This document shows positions 34,420 through 44,580 of a DNA stretch of 64,000 nucleotides, piece after piece. Positions within the stretch are counted from its first letter, which is position 1. Every line of letters starts with the position of its first letter. This stretch comes from Naegleria gruberi (taxonomy: Eukaryota), in assembly GCA_000004985.1 (NCBI GenBank), contig GG738846.1; one strand, 5' to 3'. The translations under genes and the position numbers were made by a program. The notes under the pieces are model-generated. The model saw only the letters and a list, made by a program, of their open reading frames with translations, did not search any database and had not been told where the DNA came from.

Positions 34420-37400
34420 ATGGTTCAAAACTTGCCATGCCTAACTAAGAGGCAAATACCATCGTCATCTTTTATTCTCACCATGAATTCTCTTGTAATA
34501 CTCCTCTTTTTATTAATTGACATATCACATCAGCAAGAAATCCTTAATTGCCACGGCTTTCTCTCCAATGATACAATGGTCTGCAGTGGACACGGAACGT
34601 GTATAGCCAATAACCATTGCTCATGTAGGCCTGGTTATGGTGGTGAACAGTGTCAAGAAATTTCATGTTTTAACAATTATCCAAGGATGGTTCAATGTAG
34701 TAATCATGGAGAGTGTATTGCCCTCGATACATGTACATGTTACGATTTATATACAGGTCCAAATTGTGAACAATGTAAACAACCATTCCATGAAGGAGAA
34801 CATTGTACTCCCATTCAATGTTTTGGTGTTGAATATTCAGTGAAGAGTGTTTGTTCTGGTAATGGTGATTGCATTGCATCAAATAATTGTTCTTGTCGTG
34901 ATGGTTTTGTTGGTGAGAGATGTGAACAATTCACTTGTTTAAATTCAACTCTGAATAATACAGAATCAAACAATTCAGTGTTGATTCCATGTTCTGGACA
35001 CGGAGAATGTGTCAAAGCCAATAATACATGCAATTGTTATTCGGATGTTTTGTATGGTTTTTGGGCTGGTGCAAATTGTGATTCTTGTAAATCAGGTTAT
35101 GGGGGAACAGAATGTAAGGAACAAGTTTGTTCCTCATTAACAACTTGTAACGGTAGAGGTGAATGTACACAACATAATGAACCAAAGAATAATGTGAAGT
35201 ACTTCTTTGCTGGTTATCAATTAATATCAAGGAGTGCAATTCGTGCTCAAAATTTCAGAAATTTAACATTAGAGGGAAGTATTGCAACTGAAGGAGGTTT
35301 CTCAGTTCAAGTTTTGAGATCAGCATATGGTCAAGTGAATGTAAGAAATGACATTTCAAAAAATATGGTCAACTCTGCTATTTCTCTCTATCAAGAATTT
35401 TCATCTCTTGATTGTGATCAAACCATGCAACAATCCATTCCAAGTGGAGGTTTAAATCTAAAAGCTGGCACTTACTGTTTCCCACAAGGGTTAAATGGAG
35501 GAGGAAAGATTTCTGTTTCTGGAAGTGGAAGAATTGTCTTGATTTTAAAAACCAATTTGAATTATGGCTTCACTGTTGAATATTTAGATGGTGCCACAGT
35601 TGATAATCTATTCTGGGTAGTTGCTATGGGTAGTTCCATTAGTGGTAAATTCTCTGGTAATTTACTGACAGTTGGTCAAATTAATGTTAATAATGCATTC
35701 ATTTCTGGATCAATTATCAATGTAGGATCTTCTGAAATGAACCTCAATGGAGCTTCATTCGGTCCAATCTACTCCCCTCCTGTAGTAGATCCTTGTAAAT
35801 GTTTCGGTAATTATGCTCCTCCATACTGTGAATCATGTAGTGCTGGTTTCTTTGGAGACAATTGTACTCTCTCATGCTCACCAGAAAGGAATTGTAATGG
35901 AAGAGGTCAATGTTCACAAACAGGTTCTTGCTTATGTGGACCAAGATTTTCTGGTGCCTATTGTGAAGTGTGTGCAACAAAATGGATTGGAAAGAATTGT
36001 GACTACTTGATTGGAGACAGAGCCATGTTGAAAATAAGCAAATTGACTATTCAATATGCAAATCCATCCAAATCTACCCAAATAGATTGTTCTTCGATTC
36101 TCCTTGACGAAACTGTAAAAGAATTAGGATCCTCTCCTCAATGTTATTGGGATGACAAGTCAACCAATAGTTTCGTAATTGATTTAGGATTTGGGAATAC
36201 CATATATGCTGGATCCATTCTCAAATTCAAACTTGAAAATGGAAACTCTGCTCTTGTCACTGTCTATACAGATCCAAACTCAACCAACAATCCCCCAACT
36301 CCAATTCTAAAAGTTTCTTCTAAAATCTCAACATGTGCCCGATTAGAATTGGATACCTCATCTTCATATTCTCCAGATAAGAAATCTATTAGTTACAAAT
36401 TTGAGGTGACATCAACTCCAAATGAAAATTCAATGGTAGTTTTGAGAAGGGAATTATCACTCTTTGAAAATCAAGCATTTTTCAATATAGCTGCTTCCAA
36501 ATTAGCTGTTGGATCCTACAGCATCAAACTAACTGTTTCTAGTCCAGTAACTGGAAGTGCTTCAACTCAAGTAACATTCGAAATCATCCCAGTTCCTCCT
36601 CCAATCATTGATATTCCTGGAGGTTTATCTCAATCATTCGTTTATGGATCTGTAGTTGTAATTAATCCTCAAATTAGCGTTGCAGGATGCTCTAATAATG
36701 ATGGTTCCATAATTTACTCTCCTGCCAAATATCAAGATTTTTCCTATAATTGGGAACAAGTTTCAGGAAATGCAACCAAATTTTCACAAGAATCCTATAA
36801 TAGAATTCTTGTCATTTCAAGTCTACAAAATGAAGGAAGTTTCAAATTAAGTGTCTCGTCCTCAACTGGTTATTCTGATCGAGTGACAGTTGAATTGAAA
36901 TTGAAAGAGAGTGAATTGGTTTTGAAAATAAGAAATGGTAATTTCCTCTATGGAAAAGTGAACCAAGCAATGACTGTTGATTTTTCTCAATCCTATGATC
37001 CAACTAAAACTTTGGAGAAGGAGGAATTCTCAATTGTTTGTATTCCTTTGGGAGTTCTTGCTGTTTGTCCAATTTCTGAAATCTATGCCAATGTGAATCA
37101 AGAAAAAATGTTCACAATCGCAGAGAATTCATTGGTTGCAGGTTTGTATCAATTTACCATTTCCTATTCGAAAGGACGTCGTTCCAAGACTGAAACAGTT
37201 GTTGTGGAATTGGCTGAATACGTCTTTTTGAATGTTTTCATCAAGATGGCCACCAATGATTTCCTTCCAACATCTGTTCCTTTGGGAATGAATGTTTCAT
37301 TAGAAGCAGTTTCTCCACCAGATATTAGAAATGAAGTCACCTACATTTGGAGTTCCAGGACGAGTGGATTTACTCTGAATGATCAAACAACAATATCAGG

Positions 37401-37824
37401 AATAACCGGACCATTTTTAACCATTCGTGGTGAAGTACTCCAACCAGATACTTTTTATACCATCAGATTAGACGCGCAGTGGAATAAGTTGAATGGTTTT
37501 TCAGAATATTATCTTGCAATTAATACTCCACCTAAACCAGGTTATTTTACAGTCAATCCATTACAAAGTAAATCTGGTATTGACACTGTGACGCTTTCAT
37601 GTAGTGGATGGTCGGATGATAATACACCACTCTCCTATCAATTCTTTTTCAATGATGCAAAAACTTCAAGTTGGCAAGCATTAACTGGAAAAGTTTCCAC
37701 CAATCAGGTCAATGTAATGTTGCCTCCTGGTTATGGATCTTCTTCTCAATTAACAATTAAGGCAAGAGTTTATGACTCTACAGGTGCATTTAGTGAAATG
37801 CAACAAGTTGTAATGTCCAGTTGA
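34420..37824 (+). CDS. Secreted multi-EGF protein with an embedded ice-binding-like (DUF3494) right-handed beta-helix domain (aa ~255-450, nt ~35185-35780) and a C-terminal GWSD...PLSYQF module. It is a paralogue of the C-terminal part of the 14755 gene. No TM helix or GPI tail is seen, so there may be an undetected 3' exon.
   Basis: The signal peptide is MNSLVILLFLLIDIS (ATG 34420, alternative ATG 34483). About 7 EGF repeats (CSCRPGYGGEQC and similar) are present. The IBP-like block is LKAGTYCFPQGLNGGGKISVSGSGRIVLILKTNLNYGFTVEYLDGATVDNLFWVVAMGSSISGKFSGNLLTVGQINVNNAFISGSIINVGSS. It mirrors the fungal/bacterial IBP consensus L.PG.YKW...DTWIFQI...GGAQAKNI.W.VAGAV......F.G.ILA.T...KTG...NGR.L. 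The C-terminal block is CSGWSDDNTPLSYQFFFNDAKTSSWQALTGK, against CGNGWSDPQSPLKFQFLYLDAASNNWVSLTEK in the 14755 gene. Confidence 0.75.
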   Translation: MVQNLPCLTKRQIPSSSFILTMNSLVILLFLLIDISHQQEILNCHGFLSNDTMVCSGHGTCIANNHCSCRPGYGGEQCQEISCFNNYPRMVQCSNHGECIALDTCTCYDLYTGPNCEQCKQPFHEGEHCTPIQCFGVEYSVKSVCSGNGDCIASNNCSCRDGFVGERCEQFTCLNSTLNNTESNNSVLIPCSGHGECVKANNTCNCYSDVLYGFWAGANCDSCKSGYGGTECKEQVCSSLTTCNGRGECTQHNEPKNNVKYFFAGYQLISRSAIRAQNFRNLTLEGSIATEGGFSVQVLRSAYGQVNVRNDISKNMVNSAISLYQEFSSLDCDQTMQQSIPSGGLNLKAGTYCFPQGLNGGGKISVSGSGRIVLILKTNLNYGFTVEYLDGATVDNLFWVVAMGSSISGKFSGNLLTVGQINVNNAFISGSIINVGSSEMNLNGASFGPIYSPPVVDPCKCFGNYAPPYCESCSAGFFGDNCTLSCSPERNCNGRGQCSQTGSCLCGPRFSGAYCEVCATKWIGKNCDYLIGDRAMLKISKLTIQYANPSKSTQIDCSSILLDETVKELGSSPQCYWDDKSTNSFVIDLGFGNTIYAGSILKFKLENGNSALVTVYTDPNSTNNPPTPILKVSSKISTCARLELDTSSSYSPDKKSISYKFEVTSTPNENSMVVLRRELSLFENQAFFNIAASKLAVGSYSIKLTVSSPVTGSASTQVTFEIIPVPPPIIDIPGGLSQSFVYGSVVVINPQISVAGCSNNDGSIIYSPAKYQDFSYNWEQVSGNATKFSQESYNRILVISSLQNEGSFKLSVSSSTGYSDRVTVELKLKESELVLKIRNGNFLYGKVNQAMTVDFSQSYDPTKTLEKEEFSIVCIPLGVLAVCPISEIYANVNQEKMFTIAENSLVAGLYQFTISYSKGRRSKTETVVVELAEYVFLNVFIKMATNDFLPTSVPLGMNVSLEAVSPPDIRNEVTYIWSSRTSGFTLNDQTTISGITGPFLTIRGEVLQPDTFYTIRLDAQWNKLNGFSEYYLAINTPPKPGYFTVNPLQSKSGIDTVTLSCSGWSDDNTPLSYQFFFNDAKTSSWQALTGKVSTNQVNVMLPPGYGSSSQLTIKARVYDSTGAFSEMQQVVMSS

Positions 37825-38351
37825 GTTTTTTTTAATCAGATAAAATCAATGTCAATGTACACTGCCCCAACATTGTCCAAATAAGAATGCATTAAAAAGA
37901 CTCTAATTCTAATTGAGATTTCTGCATTTTCAAATGTGTCCAAACACGATTCTTCCTTAGACAATATGTTTCATTTGGTAACTAGCACATCCTTAATTAT
38001 CAGTGTCGGTTGCAGAAAAACGGTTGGAGAAAGGAAAAAAAATCGATCAAAATCTACAACAGCAGCTGAGTCCTTCCAAACAGACATATACTCTCTTCTG
38101 ACCACTCACTCTGACTGAAAATTACCTTACTCTCCTACTAAGGCACCACTCTCTTTTTGCAAATAGCAATAACAGAAACAACAATATTACGGAGAGTTGT
38201 GTTGCATGAGGAAAATTTTGATTGTTTCAAAAAAACTCATATTGTGTTAATAGGAATTAAGCAATCATCATCAAACTCACTTCGGACACTATAATACTAG
38301 TAATAGAAGTATTTAAAATTTCAGAGTGGAAATACAAACGATTTACAAAAT

Positions 38352-41111
38352 ATGGGAGGAGGAAATTCAAAACAAAAACTACAAGTGGAAATGACTCTTG
38401 TAGATGATGAATCAAAAATTGATCTTCTCATTGATCATACACCAAATCCTGCAAAGGTTGGAAGCCCCCTTCCTTTCGTTAATAATACTTACACATTGAG
38501 AGCATCCACACCAACCTCAAACCTTCCACCAGAACCTACCATAACAATCAGCACAACAAATTCTCTCACCACTGATCTTAAACCGTACCTGCCCAAACAA
38601 AATTCCAAAAAGAATACTAACCCAAGAACTAACAAAACCAATAGTAACCCTTCCGAATCTAATTTACTTCCTAAAATTACACAACAACGTCAATCTTTTG
38701 ATGCTTCTATGCTTCAATCTGGGAGAAACTCTCCTGCTGGTGAATCTTCAACTATAGTAACTAATAATCGAGCAAAATCAAAATCAAACTCTAGGGTTGT
38801 GGATGTTCCTTCTCCGTCTGTAAACAATAACTTGTCACCAGCAGTTACTTTGGATGACAGATCAACCCTACTAACAGGATACAAGACACATAGTACTCAA
38901 TCACTAATGTCCTCAACTAGTATCAAAGATAGTGAACTATTGAATTTTCATGGAGATGTCTGTATTGAAAATAAGGCTCATCTAGTGAGCTTGGTAATTA
39001 GCAATATGGACGATATGGTTTTTATAATAACTGATTTGAAAAATAATTATTACATTTATGAAACTTCATACCCGAGGTTTTTACAGAAATTCTTTTCTGG
39101 TGAAGAAAGCGCAGCCTCCCTTCCACCCTATAAGAGGCATAGAAGAATGCTCGATATGATTGGTCTGGCATTCTCATTTCAAACCTACAGTGTTATTCCT
39201 GAGTCGGCCGATAACAATATCAAAATATCCCTTACCTTGAAATATCAAGCTGACAATATTGACAAGACAGTAGTGTTCAAGCTGATAAAGCATGTTCCAG
39301 ATTTAACTGATCCATCTAATAGGCTGATACACTCCACTATTTGTAAATTAATTATTGGTCTGTTTGGAAGTTATCACAATTCGAGAAAAGACAAAACAAA
39401 TATCCTAAGACAAACAATTCCAACCATGGCACTTATCACGGAAGTTGGAACAAATGCACAACAAGAAGATGAAGAGGAGGAAGAGGAACCTGAATACAGT
39501 TTGAGATCAGATAAATCTGAAGATGATCTAGTAAATCTTAAAGAAACCAAAAGAGAAGAAAAATCAAAAATGGATGAACCACCAAAACTCTCATTTTCGA
39601 TGGAACAGTCAGGAGAACAAGAAGAATCCAAGGTTATCAAAGTTAAAAAATTAGGTGTAAAACCAGCTAAAAAGTTTGTCACTGTCACAATTGATGAAGA
39701 GCCAGACTTGATTACCACTACAGAAATGGTAGTCTTTTTGAGAAAGCTACAAGCACTTCTATCTTTAAGAGATGATATTCCCTTCGATAAGAATAAGTTT
39801 TCTCTCATCATTAAAACCATAGCTAAGAATTCAGATATTGTTGAGGACGAAATTAAGGATACAAATCCTGATCTAGAAGTTTCAGCCTTCTTGAACGCAT
39901 TTGTAAAGCCTAGAGCAAAATCAAGGGAAAGGGCTGGGTGGAGAACAATTGCAAATCTCATTAGAGTTGGTGTTGTTTTCAAGCAACAAACTCTTCAAAC
40001 AACTGTCAAGAATATTAATGCAATCGATAGTAACCCTGGATTGGAAGAGAAATTGAAGAGTATAGATCGATATGACTTTGATGTGTTTGAATTAAATGAA
40101 GCATCGAGGGGAAAGCCACTGTATGTGATATTTACCTATTACCTTCGTCGATTTGGATTGTTGGAACATTTCAATATTGACAGAGAAGTCTTGCATGCAT
40201 TCCTTAGAGAGATTGAAACTCACTATGGGTACAATGCCTTCCACAATAGCATTCATGCTGCTGACGTACTTCAAACATTCATGTACCTATTAGATTTGAT
40301 AGGTATGATTCCGTTCCTTACTCATGAGGAATTGTTGGCTGTCATATTGGCAGCTGCCATGCACGATTTTCAACATCCAGGAACAACAAATCAATTCCAA
40401 ATCCTTTCATCCTCTGATTTGGCCATTACTTATAGTGACAAGTCAGTATTAGAGAGCCACCATGTTGCCTCCTTCTACAGAGTCCTCCAACAAGAGAAAT
40501 ACAACATTCTGAAAACACTATCAGCCAAACAAAGAAGGCAAATCAGAGAAATTTCAATTGGTCTGATATCAGCAACGGATTTATCATTCCAAGGAAGTTT
40601 TATGAATCAATTACAAGCAGTTTATGATGTTTCACATGGTCACATTGATTTAATGTCTGAAAAGTCTCTAGTTCTAAAACTTTGCCTCAAATTGGCCGAC
40701 ACTGCAAATACCTCAAAACCTCTCTATCTGCACTTTTCCTGGATCTCTCGGCTACAAAGAGAATTCTTCATCCAAGGCGATAAGGAAAAAGAGTTGGGTA
40801 TGGATGTTAGCCCTTTCATGGACAGAACCAAGTGCAACTTTACAAAATGTCAAAATTCTTTTATTGAATATGTGACCTATCCGTATGTGGCTTTATTCGC
40901 AAAATGCTTTAAAGAAGCAGCTCCAATACTGGAATATTCAAAACAAGTCAAAGAATATTGGTCGAATAGTGTGGTAGTTAGTACATTCGAGGAAGTTGAA
41001 CAAATGATTAGAAATGAGCTTGCAAAGGTTAATAAGGTTGTGACGCAGTCACATTTGGGAGCAAACACGTCATTCAACACGACACCAAGAGAACAAGGGA
41101 CAGAAGAATAA
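38352..41111 (+). CDS. Class I 3',5'-cyclic-nucleotide phosphodiesterase with a long Ser/Thr/Asn-rich N-terminal region and an N-myristoylation motif
   Basis: The start is MGGGNSKQ (MGxxxS). The C-terminal catalytic domain has YNAFHNSIHAADVLQT and HDFQHPGTTNQFQI (the PDEase_I HD signature HDxxHxGxxN), plus SVLESHHVASFYRVL. Confidence 0.8.
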   Translation: MGGGNSKQKLQVEMTLVDDESKIDLLIDHTPNPAKVGSPLPFVNNTYTLRASTPTSNLPPEPTITISTTNSLTTDLKPYLPKQNSKKNTNPRTNKTNSNPSESNLLPKITQQRQSFDASMLQSGRNSPAGESSTIVTNNRAKSKSNSRVVDVPSPSVNNNLSPAVTLDDRSTLLTGYKTHSTQSLMSSTSIKDSELLNFHGDVCIENKAHLVSLVISNMDDMVFIITDLKNNYYIYETSYPRFLQKFFSGEESAASLPPYKRHRRMLDMIGLAFSFQTYSVIPESADNNIKISLTLKYQADNIDKTVVFKLIKHVPDLTDPSNRLIHSTICKLIIGLFGSYHNSRKDKTNILRQTIPTMALITEVGTNAQQEDEEEEEEPEYSLRSDKSEDDLVNLKETKREEKSKMDEPPKLSFSMEQSGEQEESKVIKVKKLGVKPAKKFVTVTIDEEPDLITTTEMVVFLRKLQALLSLRDDIPFDKNKFSLIIKTIAKNSDIVEDEIKDTNPDLEVSAFLNAFVKPRAKSRERAGWRTIANLIRVGVVFKQQTLQTTVKNINAIDSNPGLEEKLKSIDRYDFDVFELNEASRGKPLYVIFTYYLRRFGLLEHFNIDREVLHAFLREIETHYGYNAFHNSIHAADVLQTFMYLLDLIGMIPFLTHEELLAVILAAAMHDFQHPGTTNQFQILSSSDLAITYSDKSVLESHHVASFYRVLQQEKYNILKTLSAKQRRQIREISIGLISATDLSFQGSFMNQLQAVYDVSHGHIDLMSEKSLVLKLCLKLADTANTSKPLYLHFSWISRLQREFFIQGDKEKELGMDVSPFMDRTKCNFTKCQNSFIEYVTYPYVALFAKCFKEAAPILEYSKQVKEYWSNSVVVSTFEEVEQMIRNELAKVNKVVTQSHLGANTSFNTTPREQGTEE

Positions 41112-41113
41112 AC

Positions 41114-41875
41114 TTATTTTCCTCTTTTTTTCCAATCAATAACTAGCTCATCATCACTGGATTCAGATTGATCATTTTCCACTTTTGCTACTTCATCACT
41201 TGTTCCATTTGTGGGTTTTCCTTTCAATAATTCTTTTTGTTTTTTCAATTCTTCAATTTTTAAAAACTCTTCCACTTGTCTCTTCATTTCCTCAGAGTCC
41301 TCTCTTTCATCTTGTTCTTTTTCTAGGGCCTCAATATTCTTCTCTGTCTTGGTTTGTTTAGCAGGGAGAGGGTTCTTCTTATCCGATGCACTATTGATAG
41401 ATTTCTTTACAACTGAGGATTTCACAAGTTGTGCAAATCCTTTATCTTTAAATAATTCATCAGTCTTGTTGTTCAATTCCTTGTATCCATCTCGAATACT
41501 CTTTAGATCCTTCTCCGATGGAGCAATATCAAAAAATCCAGCAGGAAGAGGTTTTAAATAGGTAGAATCACTGCTCTCTGATGATTTGACAGAATCCGCC
41601 ACTTGAAGAGAAGCTCTAATAGATGAATTTGCTACTCTATCCACATTAGGTTGATTTGGTCCTGCAGAGGCTGGATTAACAAGTTTCTTCTTCGCAAGAG
41701 GATAAGAAGTGAAATCTTCCTCCGATGTAGTAGATCTTTTCTTTGACTCTTGTTTCCTATTGTTACTTGATGCTGATGATTGACTATTACCACTTCCTTT
41801 TGCTTTTGGTTCCTCTGCTGCAAAACTTCCAACCACTTTTGCTTTTGTCTTTGCAAAGGGATTTGTCTTTTTCAT
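41114..41875 (-). CDS. Small Lys/Ser/Glu-rich charged protein, unassigned. It is convergent with the PDE gene, with only 2 nt between the stop codons.
   Basis: ATG-initiated 253-aa ORF (MKKTNPFAKTKAK...). Its stop occupies 41114-41116, and the PDE stop occupies 41109-41111. Confidence 0.5.
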   Translation of the reverse strand: MKKTNPFAKTKAKVVGSFAAEEPKAKGSGNSQSSASSNNRKQESKKRSTTSEEDFTSYPLAKKKLVNPASAGPNQPNVDRVANSSIRASLQVADSVKSSESSDSTYLKPLPAGFFDIAPSEKDLKSIRDGYKELNNKTDELFKDKGFAQLVKSSVVKKSINSASDKKNPLPAKQTKTEKNIEALEKEQDEREDSEEMKRQVEEFLKIEELKKQKELLKGKPTNGTSDEVAKVENDQSESSDDELVIDWKKRGK

Positions 41876-42076
41876 TTTTTAAATATTTTGAAGGTGAAGA
41901 ATTATTTCGTGTAATGCTTCTTGCACATGTTAAACTGTTATTGAAAATAGTCCCTTGTTGAGCCAGAGTCTAGAAACTTTATCATGATGGAAAGTTGTTA
42001 ATAATTCTACCAAAGCAATAAAGCAATGCATGAGATTTATTTAAAATAATAAAAAAAAATAAAATTGCAAAAAAAA

Positions 42077-42583
42077 ATGTCTTCATCATCGATTCGTAAT
42101 CCAACTGCTTTAGCCTTGAAAAGCATTGGTTCATTGTACGGAAACCCTCACGTGTTGAGAAAGAAATTTTCGCTTCGTATGATTAAAAAGATTCACTTTA
42201 ATTATTGTCCATTGATGTTGAAGGAAGTAAACAAGGGAGCTAAGGATTTTTATGATAGATGTTGGGCACCAAAAACAAAAACCACAAACCCAGATTGTAG
42301 TATTTCGATTGATGTATATGATAATAATGCTGATTCTAAACCACCATCTCTAATTATTGAATTTGAAGATGGTAGAAAATTGGACTTTTCCGATGTGAGT
42401 TATGTATCAACAGCTGCTATCATGGAAGCTATTCAATTAAAAAAGAAAAAGATTAAGAAATATTATCAAACTGTCGGAAAGGATTATTATGAAACTGAAG
42501 ATGAAGAAAATCCATTAGCTTTACAAGATAAAAAGGACGAAGAAGAAGCTATGGCAGGTGCCAAGAAAAAGAAGAAGAAATAA
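42077..42583 (+). CDS. Small basic protein. It is possibly a mitochondrial ribosomal/NDUFA2-type L51_S25_CI-B8 domain protein.
   Basis: ATG at 42077 (MSSSSIRNP...); the track start at 42065 is a TTG. KDFYDRCWAPKTKTTNPDCSISIDVYDNNADSKPPSLIIEFEDGRKLDF fits the ...NP.v.i.....P.l...y.dG pattern of the MRPS25/MRPL43/NDUFA2 fold. The C-terminal tail is K-rich. Confidence 0.4.
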   Translation: MSSSSIRNPTALALKSIGSLYGNPHVLRKKFSLRMIKKIHFNYCPLMLKEVNKGAKDFYDRCWAPKTKTTNPDCSISIDVYDNNADSKPPSLIIEFEDGRKLDFSDVSYVSTAAIMEAIQLKKKKIKKYYQTVGKDYYETEDEENPLALQDKKDEEEAMAGAKKKKKK

Positions 42584-42798
42584 TTCTAATGTGGATATCG
42601 TTAGAGATGATAGTATTGTTATTGGTCTACTACTTATAATGGTACTATTGTTATTTATAGTTATCGTTAAATAGGTTTGAAAAACATTCAATAATAAAAA
42701 AATATATTTTAAAAAACAGTGTTATTATTAATGAATTTGCTGTTAAATTAGAAAAGTGTTGGGAAATAATTATAATAATTCAATTTGTTGCTTGAAAT

Positions 42799-44262
42799 TT
42801 ATTTCAAATTAGAACTAAAATGAACATATTTTGCTTTGGCTGATGACTTGCTCTTGATGGATTCATTTTGGGTCCTGTGATTTGATCTTTGTTGAACATT
42901 AGAACACCAATACATGTTCATAATCTTATTACCACTTGTGAGGTATACATCTTTGGTACGCATCTCATTCAAACATTCTCTCAATTCATTGATTAAGTTT
43001 TGACAATACTGATCATTTGAAGTAATACTCATAGTAATGGTATTGATCGCTGTGTTAATAATTAATCGAGCAGCATCAAGTTGATTGGAATCGGCTAAGG
43101 CCTTTGCTTTCTGTAATGCTTCAGTTTGTAGGAGTCTATTCTTTTGGAGGTCTATTAAACGATTATCTGTTAAATTGCCACCAACTGTCATTTCACCTCT
43201 TGTAATATGGGTGATACATTGAAGAGCTTCCTTTTCAATCTTTTCGATATTCATGTATTCTAATTGAATATCTAATAATTGTTGCTTTTCAATTCCACAA
43301 GATTCTGCCAACAATTCCAATTCAAACAAAATATCTCTATTTTCTTCATAGTATAAATCTTTCAATTTGATATGAATCTCCTTATTAGGAAGTATTATTT
43401 CTTGCTTTACAAATCCATATTCTGAATTTAAAATTCTCTTCAGCAATACTCGATCTGAAATGCATTTGAATTTGAGTACAATATTTTGGGCAAATACAGA
43501 GATTAAACCTCCCAAACAATCTGAAAATGCTTGGGGAATTTCATCTTCTGATTTAATGTAATAGTACAAGCCTCCTCCAACTTTACAAATCTCTGTCAAA
43601 CAATTTGCCGAATGTTCCTCTCCAAAACCAAAAGTAAATACACTAGTATTATTTGAATTGATTGACATGTTTGAAAATGAATTAATTAAATTATTGACGT
43701 TTGTTTGACTTGAAAAACTAGTATTTTGCAAATTCAACTTGGTATATAATTTTTCTACAATATTTACAATCTTATCTTGTTGTTGCACACCAACAGTTGG
43801 TAATCCATCAGTGAAAAGTAGAATTGATGTTGTAGGAGAAATATTACCTCCTCTATTTGCCAATATATCAAAGGCTTCAATAATGGCTCCACTAATATTA
43901 GTAGTTGTACCCAACTTGATATTATTTACACAATTCATTGCTTGTTTCTTACCACCATTATCCATAGAGGTCAACTTTAAAGTGGTTGAAACGTTTGCAT
44001 CAAATTCAACAATTCCTAGCCTGTCTCTTGCTTGCATCTGATCAATCATGAATAATAATGACTTTTTAACCAACTCAATCTTATCACTCATAGAACCAGA
44101 TTTATCAAGGACAGCAATTATATCCAAGCTCGATCTATTCTCCTTCTCAACATATATTGGAGCTTTAATAGATGCCATACCAAACATATTTTGTGTTTGA
44201 TTATATTTGACCTGATCATATTCAAAGGTACAACTGAAAGAAACGCTTGGTGGAATGAGCAT
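42799..44262 (-). CDS. von Willebrand factor type A (VWA) domain protein with a roughly 280-aa C-terminal extension
   Basis: A MIDAS motif is present in DIIAVLDKSGSMSDKIELVKKSLLFMIDQMQARDRLGIVEFDANV...TNISGAIIEAF. The first ATG is about 44262; the track start at 44319 is a GTG. Confidence 0.65.
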   Translation of the reverse strand: MLIPPSVSFSCTFEYDQVKYNQTQNMFGMASIKAPIYVEKENRSSLDIIAVLDKSGSMSDKIELVKKSLLFMIDQMQARDRLGIVEFDANVSTTLKLTSMDNGGKKQAMNCVNNIKLGTTTNISGAIIEAFDILANRGGNISPTTSILLFTDGLPTVGVQQQDKIVNIVEKLYTKLNLQNTSFSSQTNVNNLINSFSNMSINSNNTSVFTFGFGEEHSANCLTEICKVGGGLYYYIKSEDEIPQAFSDCLGGLISVFAQNIVLKFKCISDRVLLKRILNSEYGFVKQEIILPNKEIHIKLKDLYYEENRDILFELELLAESCGIEKQQLLDIQLEYMNIEKIEKEALQCITHITRGEMTVGGNLTDNRLIDLQKNRLLQTEALQKAKALADSNQLDAARLIINTAINTITMSITSNDQYCQNLINELRECLNEMRTKDVYLTSGNKIMNMYWCSNVQQRSNHRTQNESIKSKSSAKAKYVHFSSNLK

Positions 44263-44580
44263 TATTAATTTATTCTTTTTTTTTGATTTTGAAAAACTCA
44301 GCAGAACTGTTAACAACACTTCAATGATTATTAATAGGTACTAAGTACCAAGTTCCATCAACCAGAAAATATACCTTATTCCAAGCAAGGTTTTGTTCTG
44401 TTTGATTGGAATTTTATTGGAGAGAATTATTTGGCAATCTGTTGGATTTCTTAGGAAAAATATATTCAGCGGCTGAGGGTGATGGGAAATTCTTATTCAA
44501 GTATCTGGACTTGTCGTAAAAAAAACTCAATCATCTTCTTCGTTGAAAACTTGAAACACCAAGTCTCTTGGTGTTGGTCT

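Noticed and set aside
34213-34428. 71-aa minus-strand ORF overlapping the tRNA-Arg gene
   Set aside because: It is fully explained by the tRNA cloverleaf. The ORF is a chance open frame across a structured RNA gene.
37825-37900. Possible extra 3' exon of the 34420 EGF gene (a GTAATG donor-like site at the stop, then ttaatcag)
   Set aside because: No downstream ORF with a TM or GPI tail was found, so I cannot support it from sequence alone.
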